Shown piece by piece: positions 30,780 through 40,551 of a DNA stretch of 64,000 bases; within the stretch, counting starts at the first letter, position 1; each line of letters starts with the position of its first letter. Source of the DNA: Candidatus Scatovivens sp. (lineage in GTDB: Bacteria > Bacillota > Clostridia > TANB77 > CAG-508); contig JAZRKN010000005.1 in the NCBI GenBank assembly GCA_045646345.1, positions 1 through 64,000 on the forward strand, written 5' to 3'. Position numbers and translations under genes: made by a program. The notes under the pieces are model-generated. The model did no database searches. It was not told the origin of the DNA and saw only the letters and a program-made list of their open reading frames with translations.

Positions 30780-30819
30780 ATGTACAAAATATACATAAGA
30801 AAAGAAAGGTGGTAATACA

Positions 30820-32229
30820 ATGTCAAAGACAGACGGAAAAGAACTAAGAGAAAGATTATTCACAAATAGAAACGATGGATGGGAAAATTTATCAGATGAA
30901 GAATTAAGAGGTATATTTCAATTTGCTGATGAATATATGTATTATTTAAATAATTCAAAAACCGAAAAAGAAATAGTTCAAAATTCAAAAGAAATATTAA
31001 TAAAAAACGGATTTGTTGATGTTTCAGAAAAAGAAACATTAAATGCAGGAGATAAAGTTTTCTATGTAAATAGAGGAAGAAGTCTTTATGCAGCTGTTAT
31101 AGGAACAGAAAGTTTAGAAAACGGTTTTAAAATTGTTGCAGCACATGGAGATTCACCAAGAATTGATTTAAAACAAAATCCGCTATATGAAGATAATGGT
31201 TTAGCTATGTTAAAAACACATTATTATGGTGGAATTAAAAAATATCAATGGACAAATATTCCACTTAGTATACATGGAACTGTTGTTAAACCAGATGGTG
31301 AAAAAATAAATATCTGTATTGGTGAAAAAGAAGAAGATCCAATATTTACAATTTCAGATTTATTACCGCACTTAGCTGGAGAACAAATGGAAAGAAAATT
31401 AAAAGATGGAGTTCAAGGTGAAGAACTAAATGTTTTAGTTGGAAGTATTCCTTATGATTCTCATGAAGTTTCAGAGAGAGTAAAATTAAATATTTTAAAT
31501 TTATTAAATGAAAGATATGGAATAAAAGAAGTTGACTTTACAAGTTCTGAAATAGAATTAGTACCAGCTTTTAAAGCTAAAAGTATGGGATTTGATTATA
31601 GTTTAATAGCAGGATATGGACAAGATGATAAGGTTTGTTGTTATACTGGATTAAGAGCAATTCTAGATACACAACAACCAAGAAAAACAGCAATGTGCGT
31701 AATAACAGATAAAGAAGAAGTTGGATTCAATGGTGTAACAGGAATGTGCACAAGAATATTTGAAACATTCGTGTTAGAATTATTAGAAAAAACAGGAAAT
31801 ACAAAAATGAGTTCATTAGATAAAGCCTTTTCAAATACTCAAGCAATTTCAGCAGATGTTGATGCTGCATATAATCCAAATTTTCCAAATGCATTTGAGA
31901 AAAATAATTCAGCATATTTTGGAAGAGGAATGTCTTTAGTAAAATATACTGGAGCAAGAGGTAAATCTGGAGCTTCTGAAGCGCCAGCAGAATTTGTAGC
32001 AGAGCTTAGAAAAGTATTTGATGAAGTTGGAGCAAGATATCAAGCTTGTGAACTTGGAAAAGTAGACAAAGGTGGAGGCGGAACAATTGCTTTAACTTTA
32101 GCTAACAGAGGAATGGATGTTGTTGATGTTGGTGTTCCTGTAATGGGAATGCACTCACCTTATGAAATAACAAGTAAATTCGATGTATATCAAGCTTATA
32201 AAGGGTATAGAGCATTTTTCAATAAATAA
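30820..32229 (+). CDS. M18 family aminopeptidase
   Basis: HGDSPRIDLK, GQDD, DKEEVG, SADV, MHSP. Confidence 0.9.
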   Translation: MSKTDGKELRERLFTNRNDGWENLSDEELRGIFQFADEYMYYLNNSKTEKEIVQNSKEILIKNGFVDVSEKETLNAGDKVFYVNRGRSLYAAVIGTESLENGFKIVAAHGDSPRIDLKQNPLYEDNGLAMLKTHYYGGIKKYQWTNIPLSIHGTVVKPDGEKINICIGEKEEDPIFTISDLLPHLAGEQMERKLKDGVQGEELNVLVGSIPYDSHEVSERVKLNILNLLNERYGIKEVDFTSSEIELVPAFKAKSMGFDYSLIAGYGQDDKVCCYTGLRAILDTQQPRKTAMCVITDKEEVGFNGVTGMCTRIFETFVLELLEKTGNTKMSSLDKAFSNTQAISADVDAAYNPNFPNAFEKNNSAYFGRGMSLVKYTGARGKSGASEAPAEFVAELRKVFDEVGARYQACELGKVDKGGGGTIALTLANRGMDVVDVGVPVMGMHSPYEITSKFDVYQAYKGYRAFFNK

Positions 32230-32476
32230 TAAATAAAATTAAAACTACTTACTTTTTAGTAAGTAGTTTTTTTGCTTTGCAAATACAAAAAATCAAAAAG
32301 ATAGAATAATTGGTTTACATAATTGAAAAAGTATCTTATTCATGGTATAATGATAACAAGTAAAGTTATGCTTAAATTCAAAATACACAAGTTTAGAGGA
32401 TAATTCCTGGTGTACTAAGCAGACTTTATAGGCACGTTGAAAAATTTATGTTTTGATACAATGGAGGTATCGCTTT

Positions 32477-33640
32477 ATGAAAATGAATGTTAAGAAAATC
32501 ACTGTAATCGTTCTGGCTATTCTCTTCGCAATCAACACTGCAGCTACTGCATTCCTTGCACTCTCTGCTAAATCCAATGACAACAACGCAACTGCTAATG
32601 TGGAGGTTATGAATACCTCTGATGGAAAAACTCCAACTGTAACTCCTGAAAAGGAGGAAGCTGACAGAATTCTACTGATTGATGAGTCTGGTTCTATGAA
32701 TGTGGACTTCATCATGGGTGTGGATTTTGATGAGACAATCAGATACTCTGACAGCAAAATCACTCAGAATATTTTGGATACTTTAAACGGTGGAGCTAGC
32801 TATGTGGTTTATGTTACAGATATGGAAGCATATCCTATTAGTGATCTGCAGCTTAATGTGGGTAATCATGAAAATGTTTATCTTGCGTTTGCAATGACTG
32901 AGGAAGTTTCTTATTCTGAAATTGCAAAACACAAAGCTGTTTGGGCAAATGCTCTGAATCAGGAAAATTCTACACTGATTTTTGTGTATCCTGATGGTAG
33001 TGAAATGGTTGTTTTCGACAATTATTCCGAAGATGTTGCAGAATCTGTGAACATTGAAGATGCTACGAATAACAATCTCTCCATCAAAGTTGAAGCAAAA
33101 TCCACAACTGGTGACAGCATCAGTTTTAGAGTTCTGGTTCTGTTCCTTGGCACTATTATTGATTTGTTTTTAATCTTCGGTATCATTATTGCTGTTCTGA
33201 TGGATAGAAATGATACTGTAAAAACAGATGGTGGTGTACCTACTGGAATTCAGAAAGCACTGCAGGATACAACAGCAATGGATGGTTCTGCTAGTGTTGT
33301 TGCAGAGTATCAGCAGATGGTTGAGTGGGCTGAGAAAATGGGTGTTTCCGAAGTTTATCGATTTGCGACTGAGGTTAAGAAAATGACTATTGAGGAAGCA
33401 AAGAAGATGAAAGCTGATGGTAATACTCATGGTTGGAAGTGTCTGAAGGAAATGTTTGAGGCTGGAGAACGCAGAATCACCATTGTATCTGATATGGAAT
33501 TCAACGATGATGAGTCTGTTGTGGCTGGCATCGAATTTGAACATATCAACTTCATTCTTCCTGCTGGGGAAAAGTACAATAAGGAAATCATGGAGAGGGT
33601 ATGTAAGATGGCCAAATCCTATAAAGTCGAACGCATCTAA
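32477..33640 (+). CDS. ORFan with two small vWA-like domains separated by a TM helix
   Basis: GGAGGT SD; DESGS...TD and DGSAS...GNT...SD MIDAS-like motifs; codon usage unlike host (CTG, ATC, GAG, CAG). Confidence 0.65.
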   Translation: MKMNVKKITVIVLAILFAINTAATAFLALSAKSNDNNATANVEVMNTSDGKTPTVTPEKEEADRILLIDESGSMNVDFIMGVDFDETIRYSDSKITQNILDTLNGGASYVVYVTDMEAYPISDLQLNVGNHENVYLAFAMTEEVSYSEIAKHKAVWANALNQENSTLIFVYPDGSEMVVFDNYSEDVAESVNIEDATNNNLSIKVEAKSTTGDSISFRVLVLFLGTIIDLFLIFGIIIAVLMDRNDTVKTDGGVPTGIQKALQDTTAMDGSASVVAEYQQMVEWAEKMGVSEVYRFATEVKKMTIEEAKKMKADGNTHGWKCLKEMFEAGERRITIVSDMEFNDDESVVAGIEFEHINFILPAGEKYNKEIMERVCKMAKSYKVERI

Positions 33641-33681
33641 AGTTCTAGGTGCGCTAGGATGATCTGAAATTTCAGTAATCC

Positions 33682-33710
33682 GGGAGGGTAGCGAAAGCTA
33701 CCCTCCTTTT
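33682..33710 (+). terminator. Intrinsic terminator
   Basis: GGAGGGTAGC-GAAA-GCTACCCTCC-TTTT. Confidence 0.9.
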
Positions 33711-33803
33711 GATTTTTAGATGAAAACTTATTATGTTTCTATTTACTTGCTACGAAAAAAGTGCTATAATGTAGATGTATTAACGAAAAGGAGAGATAAA
33801 AGT

Positions 33804-34001
33804 ATGCTTTATTTAGTATTAGTACCAATAATAATGTTAGCGGCAATTGTAAAATTAGTTTCAGATAGATATAAATTAAAAATATTAAGTACAATTTCAA
33901 AAGTTGTTATTTTTATAGGAGTAGTATTATTTGTATATTTATATGCAGCTTCAAAAGGATTTGATATTGTACAAATAATTATTAATTTCTTTACGTTATA
34001 A
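33804..34001 (+). CDS. Small two-TM membrane protein
   Basis: AAGGAG SD before ATG 33804; promoter and terminator present. Confidence 0.65.
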   Translation: MLYLVLVPIIMLAAIVKLVSDRYKLKILSTISKVVIFIGVVLFVYLYAASKGFDIVQIIINFFTL

Positions 34002-34287
34002 TAAAAATAAATGAGATTAAAATTTAAACTTATAGTTTAGATTTTAATCTTTTTTTGTGTAAAAATAAAATTTAAAAAAAACGTATTTTTTAGCGAAAAA
34101 ATAGCGAAAAAAATTGATATTTTTTATTAATATGATATAATCAAAACGACAAATTATACATATAATTAAAAGAAAAATTATGATTATAAAAATGTCTATA
34201 ATGGCTAAATGCCTAAAATAAATAAGAAAGGAGATATGTTAGAAAAAAATCTAACATAGAAAGTAGTGAGTATGGAGAATACAAGAT

Positions 34288-34764
34288 GTGAAGGATGTAC
34301 TCGGAATTGATCCAAAAATGTCTGAAATACTTAACAAGTATGTTCAAACAAAAGACAATTTAATTCAAATTTTAAACGAAGTACAAGATTATTATGGATA
34401 TGTTCCAGAGAAAGCACAAGTGGCAATTTCAGAATATTTAAATATGCCAATGGCTGAAATTTATGGAGTTGTTACATTTTATTCAAGATTCACTTTAAAA
34501 CCAAAAGGAAAATACCATATAGCAGTTTGCTTAGGAACAGCATGTTTTGTTAAAGGATCTGAAAATGTATTAGAAAGAGCAAAAGAAAGATTAGGAATCG
34601 ATGTTGGAGAAACAACAAAAGATGGTAAGTTCTCATTAGAAGCAACAAGATGTATTGGAGCCTGTGGTTTAGCTCCTGTATTTACAGTAAATGAAGAAGT
34701 TTATGGTAAAGCTACTGTAAAAATGATGGACGAAGTTTTAGATAAATATATGAATGAAGAATAA
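34288..34764 (+). CDS. hydC: [FeFe]-hydrogenase NuoE-like [2Fe-2S] subunit (start uncertain; see finding)
   Basis: VCLGTACFVKG, RCIGACGLAP. Confidence 0.92.
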   Translation: MKDVLGIDPKMSEILNKYVQTKDNLIQILNEVQDYYGYVPEKAQVAISEYLNMPMAEIYGVVTFYSRFTLKPKGKYHIAVCLGTACFVKGSENVLERAKERLGIDVGETTKDGKFSLEATRCIGACGLAPVFTVNEEVYGKATVKMMDEVLDKYMNEE

Positions 34765-34811
34765 TAAAAATAAATATTTATATATTTTAAATTTTAGAAG
34801 GGAGCAAAATA

Positions 34812-36671
34812 ATGAAGACATTAGAGGAAATTAGAATAATTAGAGAAGAAAAAAGAAGAGAATTAGACCTAAGAGTTAACATGAATGCAGATACTAGAGA
34901 AAAACACATTTTAGTATGTCATGGAACTGGGTGTACATCTTCTAAATCACCAAAAATAATAGAAAATTTTAGAAAAATATTAGAAGAAAAAAATATTGAA
35001 AATGTAAGAGTAATTCAAACAGGATGCTTTGGATTATGTGCTAAAGGTCCAATTGTAATTATTAGACCAGAAGATGTTTTTTATGCAATGGTTACACCTG
35101 ATGATTGTGCTGAAATTGTTGAAAAACATATTCAAAACGGAGAAATTGTTCAAAGATTACTTTGCAAAGATGTAGATAATAGCGTAGTTCAAAGATTAGA
35201 TGAATTAAATTTCTATAAAAAACAAAAAAGAATTGCACTTCAAAACTGTGGTGTAATTGATCCAGAAAATATAGATGAATATATTGCATTTGATGGATAT
35301 AAAGCATTAGAAAAATGTTTGTTTGAAATGAACCCAGATTCTGTTATTGAAGAAGTTACAGCATCAGGTTTAAGAGGACGTGGTGGAGCTGGTTTCCCTA
35401 CAGGTAAAAAATGGTCATTTACTAAAATGGCTGTTGGAGACCAAAAATATGTTGCATGTAATGCTGACGAAGGAGACCCAGGCGCATTCATGGACAGAAG
35501 TATATTAGAAGGTGATCCACACTGTATTATAGAAGCAATGATGATTGCAGGATATGCAGTTGGAGCAAATAGAGGATATATTTATGTTAGAGCTGAATAC
35601 CCAATAGCAGTTAAACGTTTCCAAAAAGCTATAGATCAAGCTAGAGAATATGGAATTTTAGGAAATAACATTTGGGGAACAGAATTCTGCTTTGATTTAG
35701 AAATAAGACTTGGTGCTGGAGCTTTCGTATGTGGAGAAGAAACAGCATTATTAGAATCAATTGAAGGAAGACGTGGTCAACCAAGATTAAAACCACCATT
35801 CCCAGCAAATGCAGGTTTATTCCAAAAACCAACATTAATTAATAACGTTGAAACATATGCTAATATAACAAAAATTATTTTAAATGGAGCTAGCTGGTAT
35901 GCTGGAATAGGAACAGAAAAATCTAAAGGAACAAAAGTATTTGCTTTAGGTGGAAATGTTAATAATATCGGTTTAGTTGAAGTTCCAATGGGAGTTACAT
36001 TAAGAGAAATCGTATTTGATATCGGTGGTGGAATTCCAAATGGAAGAAAATTCAAAGCTGCTCAAACAGGTGGACCTTCAGGTGGATGTATACCAGAAGA
36101 ACACTTAGATACACCAATTGATTATGAATCACTTCAAGCAATTGGATCTATGATGGGTTCTGGTGGATTAATTGTTATGGATGATTCAAAATGTATGGTT
36201 AACTTAGCAAAATTCTATTTAGGATTTACAGTTGATGAATCATGTGGAAAATGTACACCATGTAGAATTGGTACAAAGAGATTATTAGAAATGCTTGAAA
36301 GAATAACAGATGGAAAAGGTGAAGCAGGAGATATCGAAAAATTAGAAGATCTTTGCAGAAATATTCAAAAAGCATCTGTTTGTGGACTTGGTCAAACAGC
36401 ACCAAACCCAGTTTTAAGTACTTTAAAATATTTCAGAAATGAATATGAAGAACATATTAATGAGAAAAAATGTAGTGCAGGAGAATGTAAAGCATTAATG
36501 CAATTACATATTGAAGCAGAAATGTGTAAAGGTTGTGGATTATGTAAGAGAAATTGTCCAGTTGATGCAATTGTTGGTAATATCAAAGAGCCACATGTTA
36601 TCGACTTAGAGAAATGTATTAAATGTGGTACTTGTATTAATAAATGCCCATTCCACGCTATAAAGAACTAA
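34812..36671 (+). CDS. hydB: [FeFe]-hydrogenase NuoF-like NADH/FMN subunit
   Basis: GLRGRGGAGFPTG, NADEGDPG, CGEETAL, ESCGKCTPCR, two C-terminal 4Fe-4S motifs. Confidence 0.95.
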   Translation: MKTLEEIRIIREEKRRELDLRVNMNADTREKHILVCHGTGCTSSKSPKIIENFRKILEEKNIENVRVIQTGCFGLCAKGPIVIIRPEDVFYAMVTPDDCAEIVEKHIQNGEIVQRLLCKDVDNSVVQRLDELNFYKKQKRIALQNCGVIDPENIDEYIAFDGYKALEKCLFEMNPDSVIEEVTASGLRGRGGAGFPTGKKWSFTKMAVGDQKYVACNADEGDPGAFMDRSILEGDPHCIIEAMMIAGYAVGANRGYIYVRAEYPIAVKRFQKAIDQAREYGILGNNIWGTEFCFDLEIRLGAGAFVCGEETALLESIEGRRGQPRLKPPFPANAGLFQKPTLINNVETYANITKIILNGASWYAGIGTEKSKGTKVFALGGNVNNIGLVEVPMGVTLREIVFDIGGGIPNGRKFKAAQTGGPSGGCIPEEHLDTPIDYESLQAIGSMMGSGGLIVMDDSKCMVNLAKFYLGFTVDESCGKCTPCRIGTKRLLEMLERITDGKGEAGDIEKLEDLCRNIQKASVCGLGQTAPNPVLSTLKYFRNEYEEHINEKKCSAGECKALMQLHIEAEMCKGCGLCKRNCPVDAIVGNIKEPHVIDLEKCIKCGTCINKCPFHAIKN

Positions 36672-36702
36672 TTTTAAAATAAAAATCGAGAGGAGAATAC
36701 TC

Positions 36703-38439
36703 ATGGTACATTTAACAATAAATGGAAAAAATGTTGAAATTGAAGAAGGCTCAACAATATTAGAAGCTGCAAGAAAAATAAACATAGATATTCCAACACT
36801 TTGTTTCTTAAAAGATGTAAATGAAGTTGGAGATTGTAGAATGTGTGTTGTAGAAGTTGAAGGTAGACGTGGATTTGCTACAGCATGTATTCAAAAAGTA
36901 GAAGAGGGAATGGTTGTTAAAACAAGTACACCAGCTGTTATAGAAGCTAGAAGAATTGTTTTAGATTTAATTCTTTCAAATCACGATAGAGAATGTCTAA
37001 CATGTACAAGAAATGGAAATTGCGAATTACAAAAATTAGCACAAACATTCTATGTAGATGATATTAGATATAAAGGTGAAAGAAATGTTCATGAAATAGA
37101 TGATCTATCACCAGCAATTGTTAGAGATTTTAACAAATGTGTTTTATGTAGAAGATGCGTTGCAACTTGTAAAAAAGTTCAAGGAATCGGTGCAATAGAT
37201 TCTGCACAAAGAGGATTCGCATCAGAAGTTTCTACATACAAAAATAAATCATTAAATGATGTAAACTGTACATTCTGTGGACAATGTATTGAAGCTTGTC
37301 CTGTAGGAGCTTTGAAAGAAAAAGATTCAACAGAAGAAGTATGGAAAGCATTAAGAGATGAAGAAAAATATGTTGTTGTTCAAACTGCACCAGCTGTAAG
37401 AGTTGCACTTGGTGAAGAATTCGGAATGGAAATTGGAACTAATGTAACAGGAAAAATGGTATCAGCTTTAAGAGAATTAGGATTTGATAAAGTATTTGAT
37501 ACAAATACAGCAGCAGATTTAACAATTATGGAAGAAGGAACAGAGTTCTTAGATAGATTCCAAAATGGTGGAACACTTCCAATGATCACATCTTGTAGTC
37601 CAGGATGGGTTAGATATCTAGAATTAAATTATCCAGATTTAATTCCAAATCTTTCTACATGTAAATCACCACACCAAATGTATGGTGCAATAATAAAATC
37701 ATATTTTGCTGAAAAACATAATATAGATCCAAGTAAAATATTTGTTGTTTCAGTAATGCCTTGTGTTGCTAAAAAATTCGAAAGCTCTAGAGAAGAAATG
37801 ATAAATGATGTAGACGCAGTTATCACAACAAGAGAGCTTGCAAGAATGATTAAACAAGCTCATATTGATTTTGTTGGATTAGAAGATACATGTTTTGATG
37901 ATCCGATGGGAGAAGCTACTGGAGCAGGAGCTATTTTCGGAACAACAGGTGGTGTTATGGAAGCTGCTATAAGAACTGTTCATGAAATAGTTACAGGAAA
38001 TTCTATGGAAAGATTAGAATATGAACCTGTTAGAGGAGCAGAAGGAATTAAAAAAGCTACATTAAACTTAAATGGAACAGAAGTTAAAGTTGCTGTTGCT
38101 TCAGGATTAAAAAATGCTCAAACTATAATGGAAGAAATTAAATCAGGAAAAGCTGATTATCAATTTGTTGAAATCATGGCATGTCCAGGAGGATGTGTAA
38201 TGGGTGGTGGCCAACCAATTAGATCTTCTAAAGAAAGAGCTACTATCGATATAAGAAGTAAAAGAGCTAATGCATTATATACAATTGATGAAAGAAGTAC
38301 TATTAGAAAATCACATGAAAATCCAATCATCAAAAAATTATATGAAGAATATTTAGAAAAACCAGGAAGCCATAAATCTCATGAATTATTACATACTCAC
38401 TATGTAGCAAGAGAAAAATATAAATTAGATGGTGAATAA
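36703..38439 (+). CDS. hydA: [FeFe]-hydrogenase catalytic subunit (trimeric, group A3-type)
   Basis: H-cluster motifs TSCSPGW, MPCVAKKFE, EIMACPGGCVMGGG; N-terminal FeS domains. Confidence 0.95.
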   Translation: MVHLTINGKNVEIEEGSTILEAARKINIDIPTLCFLKDVNEVGDCRMCVVEVEGRRGFATACIQKVEEGMVVKTSTPAVIEARRIVLDLILSNHDRECLTCTRNGNCELQKLAQTFYVDDIRYKGERNVHEIDDLSPAIVRDFNKCVLCRRCVATCKKVQGIGAIDSAQRGFASEVSTYKNKSLNDVNCTFCGQCIEACPVGALKEKDSTEEVWKALRDEEKYVVVQTAPAVRVALGEEFGMEIGTNVTGKMVSALRELGFDKVFDTNTAADLTIMEEGTEFLDRFQNGGTLPMITSCSPGWVRYLELNYPDLIPNLSTCKSPHQMYGAIIKSYFAEKHNIDPSKIFVVSVMPCVAKKFESSREEMINDVDAVITTRELARMIKQAHIDFVGLEDTCFDDPMGEATGAGAIFGTTGGVMEAAIRTVHEIVTGNSMERLEYEPVRGAEGIKKATLNLNGTEVKVAVASGLKNAQTIMEEIKSGKADYQFVEIMACPGGCVMGGGQPIRSSKERATIDIRSKRANALYTIDERSTIRKSHENPIIKKLYEEYLEKPGSHKSHELLHTHYVAREKYKLDGE

Positions 38440-38526
38440 ATAAAAAAAGATACAGAATTTCTATTCTGTATCTTTTTTTGTTATGAAAAATCCCATTGCA
38501 AATAGCAATGGGATTGAAAAGATGAA

Positions 38527-38772
38527 TTAAAAACCGCTTTGTTGCATGCGCTCTTTTATTTCTTCTTTGCTACAATCGCAAAGGATAGAGTACACTGCAA
38601 TAGAAGTTTCAGAAGAACTGTTAAGTGCAACATATTTGTGGACATATCTCGTTAAATTATGCCAACATACTTCAGGCGCCCAAAAAGGCCTGTTAGACTT
38701 GAGGTCTGTTGCTAAACACTCCGGTGCTACAGTTAAAATTTGTTCATAAACGGTCTTAAAATCTCTTGCCAT
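38527..38772 (-). CDS. Small ORFan protein
   Basis: GAGGAG SD before ATG 38772; promoter TTTACA-17-TATAAT (38852..38880, minus strand); hairpin 38489..38515. Confidence 0.7.
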   Translation of the reverse strand: MARDFKTVYEQILTVAPECLATDLKSNRPFWAPEVCWHNLTRYVHKYVALNSSSETSIAVYSILCDCSKEEIKERMQQSGF

Positions 38773-38892
38773 TTTTTCTCCTCGTGCATTTTGCACTTGC
38801 CTGGGTCAATAGTAACATGATGTAACGGAGTAAAAACGTTTCATCAATAATATTATACCATAATTTACATAAAATGTAAATTTAAAGAAGGG

Positions 38893-39891
38893 TTATAATA
38901 AAACAAATGTAATAATTATAGAAAATAATCCATGAAGAATTTTTCCTATAAGATAAGGTTTTATAGAAATATTTTCTTTATAAATAATACTATATACTTG
39001 TAGTAAAACAGATAAACCACCAAATCCAAGTAAAAATGAGGTAAGTAGTATACTAAGATGAGGGAATGAAGAAAATGTCTGAGAAGACAAATTAACACCA
39101 TTTGTTAATTCGATGATTCCAGTTATTAAAGTCATACTAATTTCTTTTGATAAACCCAATGTATGAAGAATGTTTGTTAATAAATTAATTAATCCACTTG
39201 TCTGAAGTGTTGATAATATTATTGAAAATAATACAATAAAACCACAAATAGATAATAATGTAGAAATAGCTTGTTTAATTGAATTACTTAAAATTTCTCC
39301 AAGTTCTTGAATTTTAATTGGAGAATTTTGCGTGTTAAAAAGCATTTCTTTAAAGTTGATTTCAAGATTATTTTTCTTCCAAAATTTAAAACAATAACCA
39401 ACTAATAAAGAGGAGAGAATGTGAGATATAAGAAGTATACAACCGATTTTTTTATTTGAATATAAAGATACGCCAACTGTTGCAAGTATAAATAATGGAC
39501 CAGAATTATTAGTGTAAGCAATTAATCGTTCAGCTTCAATTTTAGAAATTATTTTTTCTCTTTTTAAGTCACATACTACCTTGGCTCCAATAGGATACCC
39601 ACTAATGGTTCCTAATATAATTGCCAAAGAACCTTCGCCGGGAACATTAAAAAGAGGTTTCATAAATTTATTCAAAAATTTTCCTAATATATAAGTAAAG
39701 TTTGTCTTGCTTAAAAGTTCAGTTGCTATAAAGAAAGGAAAGAGGCTGGGTAATACTTTAGTTGCCCAGAGAGCAAATCCATTTTGCGCTGCTATGATAT
39801 TAGATTCAGAATATAATAAAAGGGAAATAGTAAATAATAAGAAAATTATTGTAAAAAAATATTTTTTTAAATTGATTACCAAAAAATTCAT
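38893..39891 (-). CDS. ylbJ: Sporulation integral membrane protein YlbJ
   Basis: W...VLPSLFPF, SGYPIGAK, NNSGPLFI, GIIELTNG, FGGLSV..Q. Confidence 0.88.
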   Translation of the reverse strand: MNFLVINLKKYFFTIIFLLFTISLLLYSESNIIAAQNGFALWATKVLPSLFPFFIATELLSKTNFTYILGKFLNKFMKPLFNVPGEGSLAIILGTISGYPIGAKVVCDLKREKIISKIEAERLIAYTNNSGPLFILATVGVSLYSNKKIGCILLISHILSSLLVGYCFKFWKKNNLEINFKEMLFNTQNSPIKIQELGEILSNSIKQAISTLLSICGFIVLFSIILSTLQTSGLINLLTNILHTLGLSKEISMTLITGIIELTNGVNLSSQTFSSFPHLSILLTSFLLGFGGLSVLLQVYSIIYKENISIKPYLIGKILHGLFSIIITFVLL

Positions 39892-40142
39892 AAATACTCC
39901 TGATACTTAATTAGTAAAGATAATAGTATATATTCAATAAATAGCGAGATATGAATAAAATATATTGAATAAGAATGTGAAAAGTGTTATAATCAAGTTT
40001 CCAAGTGAAAATTAGCAAGAGAATTTATGAATATAATCTCAAACTTGGTAATTTTTACTTTTAATACATAGAGGTGAAAAGTTTTAAGAATGAGCCAGTT
40101 TTTCTGTATGCAATTTTGATGAAGACGGGAGGAAAAGGGAAT

Positions 40143-40313
40143 ATGATGTTGGTAGAATTCAAATTGGCTTTGGCCTTGATTACTATCGTGATTTTGCTTG
40201 TAGTTATTGTCTTGTTGCTTGTGGCTATTTTGGCCTTGAACAAGCAGATTGCAAGTTTTATCAACGAGAAATTTTCCGAAAATGGAGAAAAGGACGTGGG
40301 ATCCAAAAATTAA
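40143..40313 (+). CDS. 56-aa single-TM peptide, type I toxin-like
   Basis: GGAGG SD; promoter TTGAAT-17-TATAAT at 39965..39993; terminator 40413..40445. Confidence 0.6.
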   Translation: MMLVEFKLALALITIVILLVVIVLLLVAILALNKQIASFINEKFSENGEKDVGSKN

Positions 40314-40506
40314 ATATTGTTTTGGTTGTAATGTAGACTGTTGCATACAGAAAACTTATATAAAACAGAAATTTTTGTACCGACCACAAACAGTGTATTA
40401 AAAGCACTATGAAGGCTTGTCTCTTCTGAGAGACGAGCTTTTTTTATTATATTTTACAAAATATGGAAAAAAATATTAATTTATGATAAAATTTTTTTAA
40501 ATTTAT

Positions 40507-40534
40507 GGAACCGAATTAAAAAATAATACGTCTA
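40507..40534 (+). promoter_or_regulatory. ECF-type autoregulatory promoter
   Basis: GGAACC-16bp-CGTCTA directly upstream of the ECF sigma gene. Confidence 0.7.
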
Positions 40535-40551
40535 ATGTATAGGAGGAACAA

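Noticed and set aside
33170-33662. Overlapping alternative ORFs in the vWA-like gene
   Set aside because: Expected from higher GC and biased codon use; no initiation signals.
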